From an uncultured Nitrososphaerales archaeon (GTDB lineage Archaea; Thermoproteota; Nitrososphaeria; Nitrososphaerales; Nitrososphaeraceae): a DNA stretch of 64,000 nt. Each line of letters begins with the position of its first letter. Positions within the stretch are counted from its first letter, which is position 1. Under the pieces are notes generated by a model. The model searched no databases. It was not told the DNA's origin and was given only the letters and a program-made list of their open reading frames with translations. Made by a program: the position numbers and the translations under genes. Below are positions 42,560 to 52,444 of the stretch, piece by piece. Location of the stretch: NCBI GenBank assembly GCA_963695855.1, contig CAVOHZ010000010.1:384001-448000 (forward strand), read 5' to 3'.

Positions 42560-43436
42560 CTATCTCTTGGTGCTTTTTGCTACATACCACTTGGCAGAAG
42601 AAATTTTTTTTGAATATCTCATTTCATAATAAGGTATGAACATGTAACAATAGATGGTAGATAATCCACCAACCGGATCCTTTAAAAAACAACCAATAGT
42701 TGCTTTTAAATTCACGCTTGTTGACAGTTCTTCTCCCTTGTAAGAAGAGATCTGTCTGTGACCAGATCTCAGCTCGTAAGACTTGAGACAAAAAATCGTA
42801 AAGCGTAGATGGGGACTTGAAAAATACCTTTGCATCATCATTATACCATATCTTCTCATCTAATTCAATAAGCTTATTTTGTAAAAAAAGATCAATTGCA
42901 ATCAAATCTTCAGGGATGATTATCTTTTTTGCCAAGTCATTACGTATTGCAAGTCCTCTTCCCATTACAGTATACCTGCTCAGAGTCGATCTCCGAATTT
43001 TCCGCAACCAATTAGAAATGAATTTGGTTGCTCTGCCGTATATGTTAGAATATTTGATTGGTTGTGGATTAGAAGCACAAAGTCCGATTCCTTTTCCAGA
43101 AATGGATTTGACCAAGTTACAAGTACAGTTCTTTTCCAATCTTATATCAGCATCATAAAGAACTAGGATATCTCCACTGGATTCCCGAAATATTTCGTTC
43201 CATCCTGAAGCGGCACCCCTTCTAGTCTCTGAATGGAAAAGTCGAATAGATAGATTGCGATTTGCTATTGTAAAATCCCTTATCAAATCAGGAGTACCAT
43301 CAGAAGAGTCATCAGAAATGATTATTTCCTTTAACAGAAAGGGAACGGGAATATTTTGTGATTTTATAGAATTTAGTAAGGCAATAATATTTTTTTCCTC
43401 GTTATAAGAAATAATACCAATAGAAATTTCCTTCAT
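42560..43436 (-). pseudogene. Glycosyltransferase family 2, frameshifted near 42765
   Basis: ISYNEE, DDSSD, YDAD in ORF 42624-43436; the natural C-terminus GHRQ...WYVAKSTKR continues in the other frame (ORF 42560-42859). Confidence 0.8.
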
Positions 43437-43731
43437 TATTAATAAATCTGAAATATTATCGTAAATTTCGATAATATTAACTTTTTATAATAAGAAATAC
43501 AAAACTTCATTTTTTATAAGTCAAAATTTTTATATCTAATATTCTACTATCAAAAATAGTATTGATATATGTACGCAGAAATCCCTATAGAATTTTGATG
43601 TAATAAAATTCAAAATTAAAAAGCAATAATACTTTTACCTTTCTTAATTTTTGATATTTTAATAATTATAATTTTATATTCCTTTTAATCATTCATGTTA
43701 AAAAATAAACGCACTCTTATATATTGAAAAT

Positions 43732-45303
43732 ATGGAAAAAGGTATTATTTTTAATTTCGGAAATAAGTTCTTGATTTCAATTATTTTTCTCTCCTTATTA
43801 ATAGGTGTCCTTGGAAATGGATTGGTTTTGGGTCAAGTATTTGCAAAAGGACATAATCCACAGAATGATGTTGACACAGAAAGCATCGAAATATATCCTC
43901 TTTCATACAAGAAATCGGATGGTAATAATGTTTTTCATAATGACAAGATACTTTCATTAAAATTGCAGGAACAAAAACAAGAGAATACAGATCTCAATAC
44001 ATTATCAAAATCAAAGCAGCAAAAGATTGCTGAAAAAAACTTTGGAGAACAGGAAGATGATGCCATTATCATGAAAGGACCGGTCCATTACGAAGAAAAA
44101 GAAGATTATCAAAAAGACATGAAGAATGAAGATTATGGGTATGAAGGTAAGTACTCCAAGTATACAAGCGATGAAGAGGCAAGGGATGATAGTAACAGAG
44201 ATTCAGACATAGATACAAGCGATGAAGAGGCAAGGGATGATAGTAACAGAGATTCAGACATAGATACAAGCGATGAAGAGGCAAGGGATGATAGTAACAG
44301 AGATTCAGACATAGATACAAGCGATGAAGAGGCAAGGGATGATAGTAACAGAGATTCAGACATAGATACAAGCGATGAAGAGGCAAGGGATGATAGTAAC
44401 AGAGATTCAGACATAGATACAAGCGATGAAGAGGCAAGGGATGATAGTAACAGAGATTCAGACATAGATACAAGCGATGAAGAGGCAAGGGATGATAGTA
44501 ACAGAGATTCAGACATAGATACAAGCGATGAAGAGGCAAGGGATGATAGTAACAGAGATTCAGACATAGATACAAGCGATGAAGAGGCAAGGGATGATAG
44601 TAACAGAGATTCAGACATAGATACAAGCGATGAAGAGGCAAGGGATGATAGTAACAGAAATTCAGACATAGATACAAGCGATGAAGAGGCAAGGGACAGT
44701 AGAGATTTCGTTGATGATTCCAAAGAAAATCACTCCAATATAAATGACAAAAATCAATCAAATATAACTGAAAAATCTAATCAAGAGTTTAAAAAGATTG
44801 AAGAAGATGTAATTGAAAACGAAAATAGTAGACTAATCTCAGAAGCGAGTCAAGAAGAACAAATTTCTTCAGATATACTACCAGCAAATATCAATTCAAA
44901 AAACAAATACCATGGATATGAAATTCTTATCGCAAATGCAGGATTAGATCAATCTATATCAAAAGAAGAAAGAATAGTTCTTGATGCGTCCAATAGTTTC
45001 TCTAAAGACAATTCGATAACAGGATTTAATTGGGAACTAATTGGTGACTCAGATATTGAAATAGATCCTAGCAATCTAGAGGTCTATACAATTGATGTTC
45101 CAAATCACATGAAAGGTAATACTTTGGAATTCCAACTTACTGTAACAAATGATGATGGACTAACAGATAGCGATACAGTAAAAGTATTGATAAATGACGA
45201 ACAGGATGACGATAATGACGAACAGGATGACGATAATGACGAACAAGATGACGATAATGACGAACAAGATGACGATAATGACGAACAAGATGAAAGAAAA
45301 TAA
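43732..45303 (+). CDS. Secreted acidic tandem-repeat protein with PKD-like domain
   Basis: Signal peptide; 17-aa repeat; ANAGLDQ..IVLDASNS..FNW..FQLTVTNDDGLTDSDTV PKD signature. Confidence 0.88.
   Translation: MEKGIIFNFGNKFLISIIFLSLLIGVLGNGLVLGQVFAKGHNPQNDVDTESIEIYPLSYKKSDGNNVFHNDKILSLKLQEQKQENTDLNTLSKSKQQKIAEKNFGEQEDDAIIMKGPVHYEEKEDYQKDMKNEDYGYEGKYSKYTSDEEARDDSNRDSDIDTSDEEARDDSNRDSDIDTSDEEARDDSNRDSDIDTSDEEARDDSNRDSDIDTSDEEARDDSNRDSDIDTSDEEARDDSNRDSDIDTSDEEARDDSNRDSDIDTSDEEARDDSNRDSDIDTSDEEARDDSNRDSDIDTSDEEARDDSNRNSDIDTSDEEARDSRDFVDDSKENHSNINDKNQSNITEKSNQEFKKIEEDVIENENSRLISEASQEEQISSDILPANINSKNKYHGYEILIANAGLDQSISKEERIVLDASNSFSKDNSITGFNWELIGDSDIEIDPSNLEVYTIDVPNHMKGNTLEFQLTVTNDDGLTDSDTVKVLINDEQDDDNDEQDDDNDEQDDDNDEQDDDNDEQDERK
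44162..44696 (+). repeat. 51-bp coding tandem repeat, about 10.5 copies
   Basis: Unit encodes TSDEEARDDSNRDSDID; copies identical except one G>A in the 10th unit. Confidence 0.97.
45193..45293 (+). repeat. 21-bp coding tandem repeat, about 4.8 copies
   Basis: AATGACGAACARGATGACGAT encoding NDEQDDD. Confidence 0.95.
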
Positions 45304-45307
45304 TTAA

Positions 45308-45337
45308 TCCTAAAACCTCACTTGGAGGTTAATAGGA
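45308..45337 (+). terminator. Hairpin just after the stop of the repeat-protein gene
   Basis: TCCTA-A-AACCTC / GAGGTT-AA-TAGGA inverted repeat followed by an A/T tract. Confidence 0.3.
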
Positions 45338-45378
45338 AAATTTAAATTTTCTATATTTTTTAATTATATCGATAAAAA

Positions 45379-46527
45379 ATTCCCATACTTTATCAAAAAT
45401 ACACTGGATATTATGCGAAACTAGTATTGGAAAATGGTAAATCTTTTTCTGGGACAGGATTTGGTTATCCCATGCCGAGCTCTGGTGAAGTCGTTTTTAA
45501 TACAGGAATGGTTGGATATACTGAGAGTTTAACGGATCCATCTTATAGTGGTCAAATATTATGCATGACCTACCCTCTTGTTGGCAATTATGGAGTCCCA
45601 CAGAAAGACATTTTAGATGAATTTGGTTTACCCAAATTTTTCGAGTCAGAAAGAATACAGGTCAAAGGATTGATAATTCATTCATTATCAAATATAGCAA
45701 GTCATTGGAGTTGTGTAAAAACACTAGATGAATGGTTATATGAAGAAAAAATTCCGGGAATATACGGAGTTGATACAAGAGAACTGACAAAAATAATACG
45801 CCAAAAGGGAGTAATGATGGGAGTTTTATCCGTCTCTGAAAAACCACTTCAAAAAATAGACATATCTCAAATTGTTAAAAATGAGGATTATGACAATAAA
45901 AATTTCATGTCTACAGTAAGTTCCAATGAAATTAGAACGTATGGCAATTCCAACGAAAAGATTATTGTATTATTAGATACAGGAACTAAGTATAGTATTA
46001 TTAGAAATTTACTGAAGAGGGGTTATAGGGTAGTACAACTTCCTTGGAATTCATCGTATGATAAAGTAATATCTTACGATCCAGATGGGGTTGTAATTAG
46101 TAACGGTCCTGGAGATCCAAAGATGTGCAATGCAACAATCGAGACGGCAAAAAAATTGCTAGATAATTCAATTCCAACACTTGGTATATGTCTTGGCAAT
46201 CAGATTTTGGCCCTATCAGCAGGAGCAGACACGTATAAATTAAAATATGGTCACAGGGGACAAAACAAATCATGTATAAATATTAAGAATGAAAATTCCT
46301 ATATCACCAGTCAAAACCATGGATATGGAATAGAAGCCAAAAGTCTAGAAAAGACGGGATTCGAGCCATGGTTTTATAATCCAGATGACAAATCTATAGA
46401 GGGTATAATACATAAAGATAAACCTGCAATAGCCGTACAATTTCACCCAGAGGCATCACCAGGACCTTTTGATTGTACATTTGTTTTTGATAAATTTAAA
46501 GAAATTATTAATTTAAATAAGAGATAA
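45379..46527 (+). CDS. carA: Carbamoyl-phosphate synthase small subunit (start uncertain: ATT 45379 or TTG 45427)
   Basis: AKLVLENG, GEVVFNTGMVGY, SNGPGDP, GICLG, QNHG, QFHPEA. Confidence 0.95.
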   Translation: MPILYQKYTGYYAKLVLENGKSFSGTGFGYPMPSSGEVVFNTGMVGYTESLTDPSYSGQILCMTYPLVGNYGVPQKDILDEFGLPKFFESERIQVKGLIIHSLSNIASHWSCVKTLDEWLYEEKIPGIYGVDTRELTKIIRQKGVMMGVLSVSEKPLQKIDISQIVKNEDYDNKNFMSTVSSNEIRTYGNSNEKIIVLLDTGTKYSIIRNLLKRGYRVVQLPWNSSYDKVISYDPDGVVISNGPGDPKMCNATIETAKKLLDNSIPTLGICLGNQILALSAGADTYKLKYGHRGQNKSCINIKNENSYITSQNHGYGIEAKSLEKTGFEPWFYNPDDKSIEGIIHKDKPAIAVQFHPEASPGPFDCTFVFDKFKEIINLNKR

Positions 46528-46586
46528 AAATTACCATATTAAACCTATATAAAAAAAATGTAAAAATAGAGTGAGAGGTGAAAATA

Positions 46587-49500
46587 ATTCCAAGAAATAA
46601 TGATATAAAAAAAGTTGTTCTGTTGGGTAGTGGGGCAATAAAAATCGGAGAAGCAGGCGAAAGTCATTAGAAGATGACCGCTAATTTGATTACTCTGGTT
46701 CACAATGCCTCAAAGCTCTGAAGGAGGAGGAAATTGAAACAGTTCTAATTAATCCCAATATTGCTACTATTCAGACGGATACCAGGTTTTCTGATAAAGT
46801 ATATCTTTTGCCTATAACTCCTGATTATGTTTCCAATATTTTAGAAATTGAAAGACCAGATTCTATAATGCTATCATTCGGGGGACAAACTGCCCTAAAC
46901 TGTGGTACATCATTATTCAAAAACGGAATTCTTGATAAATACGGAATAAAAGTCCTTGGAACACCAATTAACGGAATAGAAAGAACTGAAGATAGACAAC
47001 TTTTCAAAGAGGCCATGCAGACAAGTAATGTTCCTGTATTACCTAGTTCTCCAGCATATTCTGTTGAAGAATCAATTCATATTGCAAAAAAAATTGGTTA
47101 TCCTGTAATCATTAGGGTTGCATACACTCTCGGAGGAAAGGGAGGAGGAGTTGCCTATAACGAATATGAATTACAAGAGATAGTACATAGAGGCCTTTCA
47201 GTCAGTATGACCGGTCAAGTTTTAATAGAAAAATATGTTGGTAATTGGAAACAAATAGAATACGAAGTAATGCGAGATTATAAAGGAAATTCTATAATTG
47301 TTTGCAATATGGAAAATATTTTGGCTATGCGAGTTCATACAGGGGATAACATTGTAGTGGCTCCATCTCAGACTCTTAATAACTACGAATATCATATGTT
47401 GCGTTCTGCAGCGATCAGAGCAACAAAAGAAGTAGGTATTATTGGTGAGTGTAATATTCAGTTTGGACTCGATCCGAAAAAAGAGGAATATTGTGCAATA
47501 GAGATAAATGCAAGACTCTCTAGATCATCGGCACTTGCTAGCAAAGCAACTGGATATCCGCTAGCATATATGGCTGCAAAATTGGGTTTGGGATATTCAC
47601 TAAACGAGTTAGTAAATAAAGTTACCAAGAAAACTACTGCATTTTTTGAACCATCTTTAGATTATGTAGTAGTAAAGATGCCTAGATGGGATTTTAATAA
47701 ATTTGAGAATGTTAACCGTAGACTCGGAACTGCTATGAAATCAGTTGGAGAAGTAATGGCTATTGGAAGAACTTTTGAGGAATCAATTCAAAAAGCAATA
47801 AGAATGTGTGACATTGGAAAGAAAGGACTGGTTGAAAACTATGAATTCAATGAGCCCAACGAAGAAGAGTTAGAAAATATTGAACACGCACTTTTGTATC
47901 CCGATGACAACATCCTTTTTGACGTTGTGAGAGCAATATACAGCGGTATCACCATAGAAAAGATAAATGAATTATCCAGCATAGATCCATGGTTTCTTGT
48001 CAAAATAAAGAACATAATAGACATGGAAAGAAGGTTGAAAAATTCGGGAAATGATTTTGATGAAAGCCTCATAAAAGAAGCTAAACAAGCAGGGTTCTCT
48101 GATATACAATTATCTTCTTATTTAAAATTGGATGAAATAACAGTTAGAAAACTTAGGAAAAAATTTGGAATACAACCAGTCATAAAACAGATTGATACCT
48201 TGGCTGCCGAATGGCCTGCTCAAACTAATTATCTTTATCTTACCTATGGTGGTGATACCGATGATATCAAAATTAGAAAGAAAGATAAGAATGCAATAGT
48301 TCTGGGAGCAGGTCCGTATAGAATTGGAAGTAGTGTAGAATTTGATTGGGGTACTGTTAATATGGTTAGAGGTTTGAAAGAAAATGGAATAAATGAAGTA
48401 TCAATAATAAACTGTAATCCCGAAACAGTTTCTACAGACTTTGATATTTCTGACCGGTTATACTTTGAGGAGATTACCTTTGAAAGAGTTATGGATATTT
48501 ATGAAAAAGAAAATGATGCTGAAATAGTAACCTGTGTGGGCGGTCAAACTGCTAACAATCTAACGTTAAAACTGGCCCAAAATGGAGCAAAAATAATAGG
48601 AACAGAAAGCAAAGATGTGGACAGGGCTGAAGACAGAGAAAAGTTTGGGAAATTACTTGATTCATTAAAGATTAAACAGCCTCCTTGGAAAAAATTTACA
48701 AGTCTAGATGAGGCAATTATCTTTTCTCAAGAGGTAGGATATCCCGTGCTTGTGCGACCGTCATATGTATTAAGTGGAGCAGCAATGAAGGTAGTATGGG
48801 ATGACAAACAGTTGGAAATATTTATAGAAAATGCCACAGAGGTCAGCCCGGATCATCCAATAGTTATTAGTAAGTTCTTTCAAGATGCTGCAGAAGTAGA
48901 GGTGGATGGAGTAAGCGGGAAAGACAAAATAATTATTGGATCCATTATAGAACACATAGACAACGCCGGAATACATTCAGGTGATGCGATGATGTGTATA
49001 CCTCCATGGAGATTAAATAGGGATATAATGGATACAATAACAGGCTATTCAAATAAAATAGTCAAATCTCTCAATGTCATTGGACCATTTAACATTCAGT
49101 TTCTTGTAAAGAATGACGAAGTACTTGTAATCGAGGCAAATATCAGGGCATCAAGGTCAATGCCTTTTGTTTCTAAATATGTAGGGATAAATCTGATGAA
49201 TCTTGCCGCAAAAGCGATGTTAGGTAAACCTCTACCAGAGATAAAGGATGTATGGTTGAAAACCAGCGGCTTTGGTATTAAAGTACCTCAATTCTCTTTT
49301 ATGCAACTAGAAGGTGCCGATATAGTTTTAGGTGTAGAGATGCATTCTACTGGAGAAGTTGCGTGTTTTGGAACAAGCTTTTATGATGCTCTAAGTAAAG
49401 CCTTCCTAGCCGCAGGATATTCGCTGCCGTTACGTGGAACTTCTTTAATCACAATAGGAGGCCAAAAAAATAAGGAAAAATCACTTCCTCTTCTGTCTTT

Positions 49501-49882
49501 GATTTCGTCAATGGAATTTAATATTTTAGCGACAGAACATACTGCTGACTTTTTGGAAAATAATGGTTTTAACGAAGTCCAAAGGGTTTATAAAATAAGT
49601 GAGCCTGACAGGAAACCAAACATCACAGAATTACTGTATGATCATAAAATTGATTTTATCATAAATATTCCTGCAACTGTAACTGTGGAAAAATATTTGG
49701 ATATGTTAAATGATGAATACCATATAAGGAGGAAAGCGGTCGAGATGGGTATTCCGGTAATGACAACTATTGAGGCAGCAATATCGTTTGTAAAAACGTT
49801 ACAATGGCTCAAAAGCAATGCTCCAACAATAGTTCCATTGAAGAATTACTTAAAAGAAAACTCAATCAGTGAAAAAAATTAG
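46587..49882 (+). CDS. carB: Carbamoyl-phosphate synthase large subunit, join(46587..46661,46685..49882), about 1090 aa
   Basis: Exon 1 PRNNDIKKVVLLGSGAIKIGEAGE; exon 2 FDYSGSQCLKALKEEEIETVLINPNIATIQTD, in frame with ORF 46808-49882 (HTGD, EINARLSRSSALASKATGYP, MGS domain). Start ATT 46587 (after SD GAGGTGA) or GTG 46578. Confidence 0.93.
46662..46684 (+). other. 23-nt bulge-helix-bulge pre-mRNA intron in carB
   Basis: AGTCATTAGAAGATGACCGCTAA; central helix GGCG/CGCT, bulges AAA and AAT, inner stem GTCAT/ATGAC; removal restores GE-FDY. Confidence 0.85.
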
Positions 49883-49891
49883 TGAAACTTT

Positions 49892-50674
49892 TCAATTCTT
49901 TACATCACCTATAACAGAACCTTCCAAAGTAAATAGCAGTCCGGATAAAATTGCATTTTGTTCTAAAAATAATTTAATAATTGGAGAGGGAGAAGATGTC
50001 GATTTCTTAAACTTGTGGGTTGATACCAGAGAGGAGTAAAAATATTTGTTAAATGTTGGAATAATTATAATCTCCAAAATTCCCTTCTTTTTCAATCCAT
50101 AAAGAATTTCTTTTTTTACCTTAAGATATATCCATACTCTCTTTCCATGAACGGTACTCTTTGGATCTATAAATATAGGATGAAGATGACCCATTATTAT
50201 CTTGCTAATATTTGATTTTATTTTATTTGGAAGAGTATGACCGTGTATTAACAAAGTATCGTCAATAATAAGTCCACTAGTGTTGCATGTAATCACTGAT
50301 TCCGGAACGAGTAGGTGAATATTTCCATCGTGGTTTCCAGGTATTAAGAAGACATCTAGATCTTTTGATAATTTATCCAAAAAATAAGGAACAATATCCC
50401 ATTCAATTTTGGTAATATGAGTGATGGAGCTCTTGAGGTCTCCTAAAATTATAATTCCATCTATTCTTTGAGATTTTCTTATTTCGTTAATCTCATCTAA
50501 AATATCATTTACTATTTGATTTGAATCAATGTTAATTCCCTTCTGAATTAGAGAGGATTCAAATCCCAAATGAAGATCTGATACTACAATGAATATTTTT
50601 TTTTTATTTTCCCTTTTATCGATGTACTCCAAAATAAGAGCTGCATGAGGATTTATAGGATATGCCTTAGTCAC
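49892..50674 (-). CDS. Calcineurin-like metallophosphoesterase
   Basis: SDLHLG, LGD, GNHD, HGH, GHLHP. Confidence 0.92.
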   Translation of the reverse strand: MTKAYPINPHAALILEYIDKRENKKKIFIVVSDLHLGFESSLIQKGINIDSNQIVNDILDEINEIRKSQRIDGIIILGDLKSSITHITKIEWDIVPYFLDKLSKDLDVFLIPGNHDGNIHLLVPESVITCNTSGLIIDDTLLIHGHTLPNKIKSNISKIIMGHLHPIFIDPKSTVHGKRVWIYLKVKKEILYGLKKKGILEIIIIPTFNKYFYSSLVSTHKFKKSTSSPSPIIKLFLEQNAILSGLLFTLEGSVIGDVKN

Positions 50675-50974
50675 AACATAAATATAATGATACTTGATCT
50701 ATTAATTATTTTACTCGATATTCTATAAAACTAAAAAATGTCTTCCTTTGACATCTTTCAATAGATTGTAGTTGATTAAATGTGAATAAATGTTTTTTTA
50801 TTGATTAATATTTATGCTAAGATACTGAAAAATGGCACAGTTACATTCCAGATTATAATAAAGTATGTATTTATCTTGTAAATATTAAAGAATAATCTGT
50901 AAATACAAAATATTTAATGATTCTATCAAGATATCGATTTATAAATAAATTAGTGATTTTATTATGTAATTTAT

Positions 50975-51814
50975 ATGATCATTAGCGGAGTCGAAGTCTC
51001 GACCAAATTAAAATCTGAATTAATACAAAAAGTTAAAATTCTGAAGAAAAAAGGAATTGATCCGTGTTTAGCTACCATTTTGGTGGGCAATGATCAGGCT
51101 TCTGCAATTTATATTAGAAATAAACATAAAGCCTGTTCTGAATTAGGAATTAAGACGAAAGACAAGACGATGCCATCTTCAATTGAAGAAGAAAAACTGA
51201 TCGAATTGATAAATTCATTAAACAATGATCTATCTGTTCATGGAATATTATTACAGTTACCTCTTCCCAGTCATATAGATCAATTCGAGGTAATAAATAA
51301 AATTAAACCTACAAAAGATGTTGATGGATTAACATACCAAAATGCAGGATTACTATTAAACAAAAAATCATCTTTGATACCCTGCACACCTCTAGGAGTT
51401 ATGGAATTATTTAATTACTACAAAATAGAACTAAAAGGAAAAGATATCGTAATAATAAATCGAAGTATTCTAGTTGGAAAACCACTTTTATTGCTGTTAT
51501 TGGAGAAGGATGCAACCGTAACAATATGTCATTCAAAAACTAGAAATTTGGAGCTAAAATTGAGAAGGGCAGATATAATAATCACTGCAGTTGGAAATAG
51601 AAAACTTTTTACTCTAAAACCAGAACATGTTAAAGAGGATGTAGTGATAATTGATATCGGAATATCAAGAGAAAATGGAAAGATAATCGGTGACACAGAT
51701 TTTGAAAAAGTTGCACCAAAAGCTTCTTGGATAACACCAGTTCCAGGAGGAGTTGGTCCAATGACTATTACAATGTTATTAAACAACACTATAAAAGCTG
51801 CATCAAATTTTTAG
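50975..51814 (+). CDS. folD: Methylene-THF dehydrogenase/cyclohydrolase
   Basis: GILLQLPLP, KDVDG, PCTP, RSILVGKP, TPVPGGVGPMT. Confidence 0.97.
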   Translation: MIISGVEVSTKLKSELIQKVKILKKKGIDPCLATILVGNDQASAIYIRNKHKACSELGIKTKDKTMPSSIEEEKLIELINSLNNDLSVHGILLQLPLPSHIDQFEVINKIKPTKDVDGLTYQNAGLLLNKKSSLIPCTPLGVMELFNYYKIELKGKDIVIINRSILVGKPLLLLLLEKDATVTICHSKTRNLELKLRRADIIITAVGNRKLFTLKPEHVKEDVVIIDIGISRENGKIIGDTDFEKVAPKASWITPVPGGVGPMTITMLLNNTIKAASNF

Positions 51815-51838
51815 AACCTTATTAGTGTACACTAAAAA

Positions 51839-52444
51839 ATGTCATACCAATCTTCTAAGCAGGAAATTCGAAAAAAAACATTAAACAAAAGAAATCAATT
51901 ATCTGAGAAAGACCGAGTTATGTTCAGCAAGATAATATTTGACAAGTTAATAGAATCACAAGAATACAAAAAAGCAGATCGAATCGCAGTTTATTATCCA
52001 GTAGGTTCTGAGGTACAAACTTTGGAGATTATAAGAGACGCATTAACAAACAAAAAAAAAGTTGGTCTTCCAAGAGTAATTAACGATGATGAAATAAAAT
52101 TTTATCAAATCATGGAAAAATATTTAGAAGAAGTTGAATTTACTAAAGGGAAATACGGTATTATGGAAAATATAGATTCAACAGTCGAATTGGATCAGAT
52201 CGATCTTTTGATAATACCAGGGGTGGCATTTGATGTTGAGTGCAACAGAATTGGATATGGCAAAGGATATTATGATAGATTTCTGGGTCAGAATGATATT
52301 GGATATATAGTAGGATTAGCATTTGAAAATCAGATAGTCAAGTACATTCCCATAAATGAATTAGATCAAAAAGTTGATTGCATTATAACAAACAAGAATA
52401 ATTATTATCATAAAATCAATAGAAAAAGAATTAAAATTTTATGA
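51839..52444 (+). CDS. 5-formyltetrahydrofolate cyclo-ligase
   Basis: KQEIRK, IPGVAFD..RIGYGKGYYDRFL. Confidence 0.95.
   Translation: MSYQSSKQEIRKKTLNKRNQLSEKDRVMFSKIIFDKLIESQEYKKADRIAVYYPVGSEVQTLEIIRDALTNKKKVGLPRVINDDEIKFYQIMEKYLEEVEFTKGKYGIMENIDSTVELDQIDLLIIPGVAFDVECNRIGYGKGYYDRFLGQNDIGYIVGLAFENQIVKYIPINELDQKVDCIITNKNNYYHKINRKRIKIL

Noticed and set aside
44162-44696. Possible CRISPR array
   Set aside because: Units are contiguous and identical with no unique spacers, are a multiple of 3, and lie in frame inside a CDS; no cas genes in the window.
44069-44761. Antisense ORFs of 230 and 196 aa
   Set aside because: Shadows of the stop-free tandem repeat on the opposite strand.
46659-46687. 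Programmed ribosomal frameshift or readthrough in carB
   Set aside because: There are stops in both relevant frames within the insert, and any such product would put extra residues into an invariant motif.
46808-49882. ORF-track carB start at 46808, or carB as a simple pseudogene
   Set aside because: The conserved N-terminal ~66 aa are present upstream without decay, and the only lesion is a precise BHB-structured 23-nt insert.
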